Below are positions 25,942 through 33,886 of a stretch of 40,298 nt of DNA, in pieces. The DNA is from Candidatus Peregrinibacteria bacterium Greene1014_49 (GTDB taxonomy: Bacteria > Patescibacteriota > Gracilibacteria > Peribacterales > Peribacteraceae). The DNA lies in assembly GCA_007376635.1 (NCBI GenBank), contig VMGQ01000004.1:1-40298 (forward strand). The letters are read 5' to 3'. The position numbers were made by a program, and so were the translations under genes. The notes beneath the pieces were generated by a model. The model was not told the DNA's origin. It did not search any database and saw only the letters and a program-made list of their open reading frames with translations. How positions within the stretch are numbered: position 1 is the stretch's first letter; each line of letters starts with the position of its first letter.

Positions 25942-27060
25942 TTAAAACCCTCGCTTCCATTTACGCAATATCTCAAATCCACGGGTCAGGTAATACTTTT
26001 TCGAAACAGGAATATCCTGGCAATGCACCAGGTTCAGCAGTTTCCCTCCGAAGCCTGTTTTGAAGAGTGTGACCCCTGCAAAAGGGTGTTTCGCTTCGGA
26101 AATCTTAAATCCTTCTTCCGTGCAATTTCCTGGTGCAATTCCCCAGAAGTTGTAGACGCGGTCTCCGCGCTTGAGCGCATCGCGGATCGCGGTCCATTGC
26201 AACAAATAGCTGGCAGGAATTTTTTGGAATGCATGGGAACTTGCACCGTGGTGATAGCTGGTTTCACCGAATGCATGCATATGGATTGATGAGGCAATGA
26301 CCTGTCCCTGGTAGCGCGCGAGATACAGCGTGCATTCGTTCCTCGGTGCAAAATGTGCGATCTGAGCTTTAAAGAACGCATTGGTATACGGCGTGAAGCC
26401 GTGACGCTTGCGCGTTTCATCGTGGAGGGCGAGGAAATAGGAAAGATCGTTCACGGGATTTCTCGATGCTTCCACCGTGACGCCTTCTTTTTCAGCGCGG
26501 CGAATGAGGTTACGGGTAGTCTTTCGCATCGCAGAGAGAAGCTGTTCTTCGGAGATTCCTCCACTCCCTCGGTCCCCCTCCTCCACGGGAGGAGGGGGAG
26601 GGCCCAAATGGCTCCAGAGATCGGGGCTCCGTAGAGGCAAATACCAGATGTGTTCTGCGAGGAGATGCAGGGGAGAGGAGAGAGAATCTGGAATACGTGC
26701 AGCATCTGCTGACCAAAAAGGACTGACTCTGAGGAACGTGCAGCCCTTGGATTGGGCAATTGTTCTGAGAGAGTGTAAAAGTTCTTTTGTGATTTCTGCC
26801 GCGTCTGCATCTTTCGCGATAACTGGTCCATACGAAACTGCCAGATGTTTTCCTCTGCGCGCAGGAACAAAGATCGCCTGACAGATTCCGAGAACGCGAT
26901 CATCGTCATTCGCGATCAGGCGAATGGGTTCTTCGCCGCAGTCGCGGTACACCTCGCCCATGGTCCAGGATTGGAGAAAGGGACGGTATTGTTGTTCGCT
27001 CAAAAATTGATCCCACGCAGCCGGATTTGATGCTGTTTCAATGGTCATGGCGTTTTGCAA
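25942..27060 (-). CDS. FemAB-family peptidoglycan peptide-bridge aminoacyltransferase (FemX/MurM-like)
   Basis: FLQSWTMGEVY, MRKTTRNLIRRAEKEGV, YHHGASS and PASYLLQWTAIRDALKRG..YNFWGI blocks. Confidence 0.8.
   Translation of the reverse strand: MQNAMTIETASNPAAWDQFLSEQQYRPFLQSWTMGEVYRDCGEEPIRLIANDDDRVLGICQAIFVPARRGKHLAVSYGPVIAKDADAAEITKELLHSLRTIAQSKGCTFLRVSPFWSADAARIPDSLSSPLHLLAEHIWYLPLRSPDLWSHLGPPPPPVEEGDRGSGGISEEQLLSAMRKTTRNLIRRAEKEGVTVEASRNPVNDLSYFLALHDETRKRHGFTPYTNAFFKAQIAHFAPRNECTLYLARYQGQVIASSIHMHAFGETSYHHGASSHAFQKIPASYLLQWTAIRDALKRGDRVYNFWGIAPGNCTEEGFKISEAKHPFAGVTLFKTGFGGKLLNLVHCQDIPVSKKYYLTRGFEILRKWKRGF
26558..26605. repeat. GC-rich hairpin + G-rich-tail element, in frame inside femX
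   Basis: ccccctcctcc-acg-ggaggaggggg is an 11-bp perfect stem flanked by cctccactccctcgg. Translated as GPPPPPVEEGDRGSGG. Confidence 0.7.
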
Positions 27061-28294
27061 GGCAAAGAATGAGTCGCTGCGCCTGTTGCATCGTCATCGT
27101 CGGGTGCGTCGGCAGACACAAAATCTTCTCACACACTTGTTCAGCCTCTGGATCCGCTCCAGCGGTATATTCCAGTGCTTCCGTGTCTGTTCCACGTGGA
27201 CAAATCACACAGCCCGTCCAGCCGTCATCCAAAAAGATGTTGTCTTCTTTTAATGATGCTCGCAGCCCATCGGCATTCGGGAAAAACAACGGGAACTTCT
27301 GCAAAGGGTGATTTGCGATTGGCGATTTGCAATTTGCAATTTGGATTCCAGGGATGACATTCCATCCGTTGCGTCCGCATGCGTCGATATAGTATTGCGT
27401 GAGATTCCTGCGATGCGCATTGATGCGCGGTAGTTGCTGCATGGAATAGAGCGCGAGGGCAGCACAGGCATTGGGAAGTTTCCGGAGCCGGAGGATCATG
27501 TTTCCCTGTTTTTCCTCTGGCGTGACTATGGGGATCAGCAGACGGAGCTTCTTGCAGAGTGCGAGATACGCGCGTCCCAAGCCAATGACATAAAGCGCGC
27601 GTGCTTTGCGGTAGATCAATGGATAGAGAAGAAATCGGAAGACCACCGAGAAGGGGAGTTGTCCTGCATTTCGTTCGGCATCTGCCAACGCTACTGCTGC
27701 ATCCGCTTTTTGTGAAATCACCGCGCCGCCGCTCACGCCGGAGATCGCCTTGTCCCTGCCAAAACTCAGAATCGCGAAGTCTCCCGTGCGGGCGAGGGGA
27801 GAGGATGGATCATCAGGCAGCACCTGTGCGCAATCTTCGATCAGGAAGATACCGCGCTCGTCGCAGATTTTGCGCAAGCATGTGAGATCCGCAGGAATTC
27901 CAAACGTGTGCTGTGCGATGATCGCGCGTGTTCGTGGTGTGATTTTCCGTTCCACATCAGCGCAATCCAGATTCAGCGTGTCGCCATCGACATCTGCGTA
28001 GATCGGCACGCCGCCGCAGGCATGCACAGCATTCGGGACGACCACGCACGTGAACGCCTGGATGATCACTTCTTCGCCACTGCGTAGGTGGATTGCGCGC
28101 AAGAGTGCAGCCAGTGCCTCGCGGGCGGTGTAGAACAGGAAGACATCTCCGCCGAAAGATTGCTGCAGTGCATTGCGAAGGGACTCTTGCTCTGAACCAT
28201 TTCTCCATTTCCAGGGTTGGAATATCAGGCACAAGCTTCGGAGAGCGAAGGGGAGAGTGGCGTGGGGGCCGAAGGTGTGGTGGATGGGGTACAT
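27038..28294 (-). CDS. DegT/DnrJ/EryC1/StrS-family PLP-dependent aminotransferase
   Basis: The fold-type I sugar aminotransferase pattern runs from AFTCVVVPNAVHACGGVPIYADVD to the PLP-lysine block SFGRDKAISG. Confidence 0.75.
   Translation of the reverse strand: MYPIHHTFGPHATLPFALRSLCLIFQPWKWRNGSEQESLRNALQQSFGGDVFLFYTAREALAALLRAIHLRSGEEVIIQAFTCVVVPNAVHACGGVPIYADVDGDTLNLDCADVERKITPRTRAIIAQHTFGIPADLTCLRKICDERGIFLIEDCAQVLPDDPSSPLARTGDFAILSFGRDKAISGVSGGAVISQKADAAVALADAERNAGQLPFSVVFRFLLYPLIYRKARALYVIGLGRAYLALCKKLRLLIPIVTPEEKQGNMILRLRKLPNACAALALYSMQQLPRINAHRRNLTQYYIDACGRNGWNVIPGIQIANCKSPIANHPLQKFPLFFPNADGLRASLKEDNIFLDDGWTGCVICPRGTDTEALEYTAGADPEAEQVCEKILCLPTHPTMTMQQAQRLILCLAKRHDH
27310..27344. repeat. 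GATTTGC-type heptamer tandem repeat, in frame inside degT
   Basis: gatttgcgattggcgatttgcaatttgcaatttgg, translated on the minus strand as QIANCKSPIAN. Confidence 0.7.
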
Positions 28295-28300
28295 AAGAAA

Positions 28301-28357
28301 TGGTTGCTAATTCTTGGTTGCTAATCCATTAGCAACCAGCAACCAAGAATTAGCAAC
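28301..28357. repeat. Palindrome built from GGTTGCTAA units, spanning the murF stop and the degT upstream region
   Basis: Left arm tggttgctaattcttggttgctaat, centre cc, right arm attagcaacc(agcaacc)aagaattagcaac. The murF stop codon (28350-28352) lies inside the right arm. Confidence 0.7.
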
Positions 28358-29945
28358 TGTTATCGGGAAGCAATCTCTCCATTGCCGACCTCGGCATTCT
28401 CCCCAGGCACACCAGGAGCGTACCGGGTTTTACGGGAGCAATTTCCTTTGAAAATAATTCCACATTCTTCCCAAACCCTTGCGCAAAGAACTGAGCAAAT
28501 TTTTTATTCAAAAAGATCACACGCGTGAAGACGGGGACACTCTGCTTCCCGAGTTCCTGATGGACATGTTCGGTCGCAGATCCTTGCTCGATGATCCCGG
28601 ATGTGAGGAGAACTTTTTCTGCGGCGTGTTTACTCTCCGCCCAGCGGATTGCTGCACGCGCACTTTCGGGACTGCAGTTATGTGTGTCATTGAGGATCGT
28701 CACGCCCGCGTGCTCTTCGATGGAGAATGTTCCTTTGAGCGGCTGAAATCGCGATAAGCGTTCCGCGATCACGGAGCGTTGTATGCCGAGGTGTTCTCCT
28801 ACAGCAATTGCAAGCAGTACGTTCGTGACGTTGTGCGTTCCATGGAGCGGCAGCGTAAATATTGTTTCTCCTACACGGAATCGGATGCCATGGGGTGTCT
28901 CTTCGATGTCAAAGGCCTCGAGGTCGCGAACACCCCCCGTGCCGACAGTGGTGACGGGGCAGAGTGCGTTCTTCTGGAGTTTTCCGGCCATGGTGCTGTC
29001 TACATTGATGAATGCCCGGCCGTTTTCCGGGAGCGCTTCGATCAGTTCGCCTTTGGCGGCGAGGAGTTCTTCCTGTGAGCCGAAGAGTGCGATGTGTTGC
29101 GTGCCGATCGCGGTCACCACACCTATTTGTGGCTTTGCAATGGAGCAGAGGAGTGCGATTTCTCCGCGACGGTAAGCGCCCATTTCAATAATAAGAACCT
29201 CCCCTCTCCCTCGGGGAGAGGGGTCGGGGGTGAGGGTTTGTATCATCCATCGCGCGACACCGATTTCACTGTTTACATAGGCCGGAGTCGCCACTGCCGT
29301 TTCACCAAGTGCGCAGGCAATGAGTTCCTTTGTTGTTGTCTTTCCCATCGATCCCGTGATGCCGATCACTATGAGATTGCTTTGTGCTTCGCGCAGTGCC
29401 TTCGCACGATAGAGGATGCGGCGCTTGAGGAATGTATCGATAGGAAGAAGCAGCGACCATATAAAGATTACGGAGAATGGTTGCAACAGGATGATGCAGG
29501 GGAGAAGGATCCCGCTCCAGAGTTGCTGTACAAGTATTCCTATAATGAGTGTGAGGAGAACACTTCCGCCGACGATCATCTTGGCTTTACTTGTCCACAC
29601 GGGCATCGGCTGGCGCCAGAGGCATAGTTGCACGATCAAGAGAAGTGCAAGGATCGAGAGAGCTCCCTGTGTGGCAAAAAGAGGAGAAAGTATTCCGGCA
29701 GAAGCGAAAAGAAGCATGGCAGCGACAATCGGCACACGCAGTACGCCGAGAAGCTTCCGCAGAACTCCTTCGCTGTGGAAGTGATCGATGAGCCGGTCGA
29801 GACGCCACTCTTTGACTTGCCATAGATGGGCAAAGGTCAAAAGAGGGGAGAGCGCTCCCATCGCGAAAAGAAGAAGAATGACGGTATCTGACACTGGAAA
29901 AGGGTACGCGAAAGAGCACGGTAATGCACCGAAAATTCGGGTCAT
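28350..29945 (-). CDS. murF: MurF-like Mur ligase with an N-terminal polytopic membrane domain of about 190 aa
   Basis: Mur ligase P-loop GITGSMGKTTTKE, IIEMGAYRRGEI, HNVTNVLLAIAV and LNDTHNCSPES blocks. The first ~190 aa form 5-6 hydrophobic helices in place of the usual soluble N-domain. Confidence 0.7.
   Translation of the reverse strand: MTRIFGALPCSFAYPFPVSDTVILLLFAMGALSPLLTFAHLWQVKEWRLDRLIDHFHSEGVLRKLLGVLRVPIVAAMLLFASAGILSPLFATQGALSILALLLIVQLCLWRQPMPVWTSKAKMIVGGSVLLTLIIGILVQQLWSGILLPCIILLQPFSVIFIWSLLLPIDTFLKRRILYRAKALREAQSNLIVIGITGSMGKTTTKELIACALGETAVATPAYVNSEIGVARWMIQTLTPDPSPRGRGEVLIIEMGAYRRGEIALLCSIAKPQIGVVTAIGTQHIALFGSQEELLAAKGELIEALPENGRAFINVDSTMAGKLQKNALCPVTTVGTGGVRDLEAFDIEETPHGIRFRVGETIFTLPLHGTHNVTNVLLAIAVGEHLGIQRSVIAERLSRFQPLKGTFSIEEHAGVTILNDTHNCSPESARAAIRWAESKHAAEKVLLTSGIIEQGSATEHVHQELGKQSVPVFTRVIFLNKKFAQFFAQGFGKNVELFSKEIAPVKPGTLLVCLGRMPRSAMERLLPDNSC
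29198..29238. repeat. GC-rich hairpin + G-rich-tail element, in frame inside murF
   Basis: cccctctccc-tcg-gggagagggg-tc-gggggtgaggg has a 10-bp perfect stem. Translated on the minus strand as TPDPSPRGRGE. Confidence 0.7.
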
Positions 29946-29998
29946 TGATTATAGTTCATTTTTATAGTACAATATTCATTGAACTTCCAAACATACAC

Positions 29999-30886
29999 AT
30001 GACCAATCGCAAGCTCGTACTCGGACTCATGGTTGCCAATGCCGGATTTGTCTTCGGAACGGCAGCCCTTGGATCACCCGCCAATCTTCTCGGAGCATTG
30101 AGCTTCTTTGGTACGGATGCAACTGAGCGCCTTGCGGAATTTGATGATGACAACAATTCGATACCCGATCTTGTGGATGGTCTTGGCATTCTCAATGCCT
30201 TTCAATCGATCCCGCAGATCTTTGGACCACTCTTCGGACAACCGGCATACGTCCCAGGCATGATCCGTCTCGATCCGGATTTCTTTATGCCATCGGGTCA
30301 TGAAGCTGCGCCTGTGATCATGGAAGAAATGGAGAGCAACTTTGATGTTGTGGAACCGCTCTGGTCTGATGAGGAAATTCGCTCTTCGAATGAATTTGAA
30401 GGGGGGGACGCAGAACCGGGCGTCTATCTCGTACCGTCTGTTTCCCGTTCGCCCTCCTCGAGTTTGCCGGCGACTCTCGTGATGCCGCCTCCACAGAGTG
30501 CTCCTTCCACGAATAGTGCGCCTGCGGCGAGCACGCCTTCGACAAGTGCCTCGGTTTCTTCTACAAGCACGGAAGATTCGGCTTCGTCTCCTACAGCTGC
30601 AGAAACAGCAGGGGATGCAGCTACTTCTGATTCAACATCTGTCTCATCCACAGCGACAGCAGAAATCTGCACGAATGGCGCTGATGACGATGCTGATGGT
30701 CTGACGGATTGTGATGATGACAACTGTATGTCCGATGCCGGTTGTTTTATCAATCCCAGCAGTACGTCATCCGTCGAGCAATGTACGAATGCCGTGGATG
30801 ATGATGGTGATGGCTTAGTGGATTGCGATGATGTAGGATGTATGTCTGATCCGGCGTGCGTGTCGTTTTCGACACCTTCGTTCTAA
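29999..30886 (+). CDS. Secreted protein with an S/T/A-rich linker and two acidic Cys-rich repeats
   Basis: Signal/TM MTNRKLVLGLMVANAGFVFGTAALG and a low-complexity S/T/A/P linker. Repeats CTNGADDDADGLTDCDDDNCMSDAGC and CTNAVDDDGDGLVDCDDVGCMSDPAC. Confidence 0.6.
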   Translation: MTNRKLVLGLMVANAGFVFGTAALGSPANLLGALSFFGTDATERLAEFDDDNNSIPDLVDGLGILNAFQSIPQIFGPLFGQPAYVPGMIRLDPDFFMPSGHEAAPVIMEEMESNFDVVEPLWSDEEIRSSNEFEGGDAEPGVYLVPSVSRSPSSSLPATLVMPPPQSAPSTNSAPAASTPSTSASVSSTSTEDSASSPTAAETAGDAATSDSTSVSSTATAEICTNGADDDADGLTDCDDDNCMSDAGCFINPSSTSSVEQCTNAVDDDGDGLVDCDDVGCMSDPACVSFSTPSF

Positions 30887-30977
30887 AAGAATCCCTACAA
30901 GCCATCCGTTGGATAATTGACAAGATTCATAATGCATTTGTTTACATGTTTTGGGAGAACGGCTAAAATGATTTCCC

Positions 30978-33016
30978 ATGTCTGTAGATGTGCAGAGCCC
31001 TCCTTCGGCGCTAGCAGACAACACGGTCACTGTCGTTCCGAACGGTGATTTAAACCGCACTGCTACCTATGTTGCGGTAGCTCCCACGAGAGAGGAGGTG
31101 CGTCAGTATATTATTCTTGCGGGTTTGGATATTGGTGATGCAAAGACTTCATCTGGGAAAGAGAGTGATGGCTTTGGGTATGCACTGAAATATTTTGAGG
31201 AACTCACGGGTTCCAAGGAAGTTGCTGCCACTCTTGCATCTGCCTGCATTCAATCACAAGGGAGAGATTTTATATTTGATCAGGGTATCTACAATCTTGG
31301 TCAACTAGGGAATGCTGGTGGACAAGGCGTTGCGTATCAGGTGGTCGATACCCGAGGTCGCGTTCATCGAACATTGGCTGCAAAAGTCAACGAACAAAGG
31401 ATGGTCTATCGCAGGAATACTTACTTATGGAATACATCGACGGATGGAATGTGCATGATATTGCGCAGGCGCTTTCTGCGCTTCGACTGGATAGTACCGG
31501 ACGCCGTCGCATTGGCGCGGAACGTGCAGCAGCACATCTACTGGCGCAGATGCTCCAGGCGGTGAACATACTTTCGCGCAATGGTGTTATCCATCGGGAT
31601 TTGAAGCCGCGCAATCTTATCGTAGGACGCAATGGTCGGATGAAGGTTCTCGATTTTGGCATTGCAACATTTCATAAAAAAGAAGAGGGAGAGACGCGGA
31701 TTACGCAAACAGGAGCAGTTGCCGGAACACCGAAGTACATGGCGCCGGAAGCTGCAGGAGGAAGGCGCCGTGCTCAGCAAGCTGATGAGAATGGTGATGA
31801 GAATGGTGATGAGAAGGGTGATGAGCAGAGTGATGATACGACAGCGAAAGATCTTTTTGGTGTAGGTGCTACCATGCATGAAGTTCTTACAGGAAGGGGC
31901 CATCTCGAAGGAGGGACAACGGTTGAATTACTGATAAAACTTGCGACATGGGATGGGGAATTGCCGTTACTGGATGATATCCACGACAGAAATTTACTCG
32001 ATGTACTGCATGCACTTCTCAGTAAGGATGTGAAAAATAGACAAGATCCCCAAGTGCCTCTGAGTCAGCTGCATAAGGCAGGTCTTCTCGCGTGGTCCCG
32101 GAAGAATCTTTTTGGAGATGTTCCCTTGACAATGCCTGTGCCGCGTACAGGATTCCGTCGGAAAAATTCCTCTGTCACCGCAGATCAGCTTGCCCGGTAT
32201 TGGGCAGGAAAATTCGCTCCGTCCAAGGCGCGTCTTTCCGTCCTTTCCGCCACACTTGCTGCTTCGGTCGTTGCTCTCATCGCTGAATCGCAGACGGGAG
32301 CACTGAGAAGTGCTTTGAGTCCACGAGAAGATCACGACCGTCCTATTGTCACGAGACGCATTGATGCGCGTCCTCTCAAACCCAAATCACCTTTCTTGTT
32401 TCGCTTTCATAAGGAACGGGAATCCGCTTCTGGACAAGAGATCCCGACTGGTATTGAAGAGGTTCGATTAACTCTTGCCGGAGAGGAAACCTCCACTGCA
32501 GGAGTGGATATTGCCGCAGTGCGCGACAACAACGGCCGCCTTCGGGCATTCGTGCATGGCATGAGCCCGGAAAACATCGCCATTCTCCGCGAGGAATTTC
32601 GAACGCCGAGCACGGGTCCTGCTGTGCAGCCACAATTTTCTCATAACTTTTTGGCGCCCGATGGAGCACTTGCCATTGCGGTACCCCACTTGGGACTCGT
32701 TTGCCAAAATCCGGATGGCACCCGAGAGTATGTCTGGGATGTTCAGTGGAGCCAAGCAATGAAAAGCTCGACTCCTCCTCCGGTGGAAATCGAAGAGTTT
32801 TTTGCTACACATTTCCCTGAGGATTTCGCCAATCAATTGCAAAAAGGAGATCTCCTCCCAGCATCCATTCGCCATCAGGTTCCAGATAGCACGCAAATTC
32901 CTCTGGATATGACAGCTGCCACGCTGGCAAAAATAAAATGGAATCAAATAGTGCGGGCTTGCAAGCTCGGGACTAAAGTTGTGAAGCGTGGAGAATCACC
33001 TCCCCAATCTCCCTAG
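30978..33016 (+). pseudogene. Receptor-type Ser/Thr protein kinase, frame broken near 31385-31400 (ORFs 30978-31565 and 31427-33016)
   Basis: The G-loop LGNAGGQGVAY and the beta3 lysine LAAKV are in one frame. The hinge YLLMEYIDG, HRDLKPRN, DFG and GTPKYMAPE are in another frame. A TM helix and an extracytoplasmic domain of about 230 aa follow. Confidence 0.6.
31784..31837 (+). repeat. 12-bp in-frame tandem repeat (GATGAGAATGGT and variants, ~4.5 copies)
   Basis: gatgagaatggt gatgagaatggt gatgagaagggt gatgagcagagt gatgat, encoding DENGDENGDEKGDEQSDD just after the APE motif. Confidence 0.85.
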
Positions 33017-33760
33017 CTCTCTCCCTGTGCACCCGATGCCGCACACCCGGATAGAGATGCAACTGGCTTCCGGCGATTTCTCTATGCATCACATGGGCAT
33101 CACCGACTGGAGTCATACCATCGTCTTCTCCCCAGAAAATATCCGTGGGAACGGTGATCTTTGAGAGGAGGGGACGGAGATCTTCCTTGGTCACATTGAT
33201 CAGTGTTTGTCGCATGACGGTGCTTGCCTGTTCGTAGTCATGCACGCGCACAAGGCGGTACAGAAATTTCTTTCCAAGGAGTTCTAGAGACGTGAGCCCC
33301 GGAATCTTGAGCAGTGTTTTTCCGAGCTTTGCGAGTGTGAGTCCGAGAATCCGCTTGAAGTGCCGCGGATGGCGGAGGCCGGCACTGGCGCAGAGAAACA
33401 AGTGATCCGGATTTGCGATTTGCGACTCGTCTCGGCGAAGGCCAGAACCGAAGTCGGATTTGCGATTTGCGATTTTAAGTGCGATGCGGCCGCCATGCGA
33501 ATGGCCCAAGAAGGGAGAGGGGGTCTGTTTGTCACAAACCATTGCACCACCCAATTTGCATAATCATCCGTCGTCCACGGCTTCTTTGGTTCAGGCTCGT
33601 TTCCAAATCCCGGAAGATCGGGTGTGAGGATTGTGATATCCGTCCCTTTCAAAGCTTCGCGGAGTTCCGTGAAGGATTCTTTGGAGCCACCCCAGCCGTG
33701 GAGACAGAGAAGTGTTGTCGTCACCAGATCATCATAGGTCTTTGTTGTTAATGGTGTCAC
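32973..33760 (-). pseudogene. Alpha/beta hydrolase, frame broken at a homopolymer (ORFs 33284-33760 and 32973-33554)
   Basis: LLCLHGWGGSKESF...DDYANWVVQWF is in one frame. PFLGHSHGGRIALKIA (nucleophile elbow) through the C-terminal HRVHRE is in another. The switch maps to the C5 run (plus-strand G5 at 33519-33523). Confidence 0.65.
33409..33476. repeat. Two 17-bp direct repeats (GGATTTGCGATTTGCGA) flanking a 30-bp core, inside the hydrolase gene
   Basis: Copies at 33409-33425 and 33456-33472. Same heptamer family as 27310-27344. Translated in the hydrolase frame as IANRKS...SQIANP. Confidence 0.75.
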
Positions 33761-33827
33761 GGGCCGGGATTGAACCGGCGACCCCGGGCTTATGAGTCCC
33801 GTGCTCTACCAACTGAGCTACCGTGAC
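33752..33827 (-). tRNA. tRNA with CAU anticodon (elongator Met or Ile2), CCA encoded
   Basis: Acceptor gtcacgg/ccgtgac (G1-C72, so not an initiator), anticodon loop cuCAUaa, T-loop ttcaatc. Confidence 0.85.
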
Positions 33828-33886
33828 ATGGATCAGCGGCATTATCCGTGTCCTTACGCATATTTTCAATGTGTCTTGCACGTTCT

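Noticed and set aside
27310-33476. Short direct repeats (heptamer arrays and 17-bp duplicates) as a possible CRISPR array.
   Set aside because: The repeats are 7-17 bp, there is only one 30-bp 'spacer', the copies lie inside coding sequences, and no cas genes are present.
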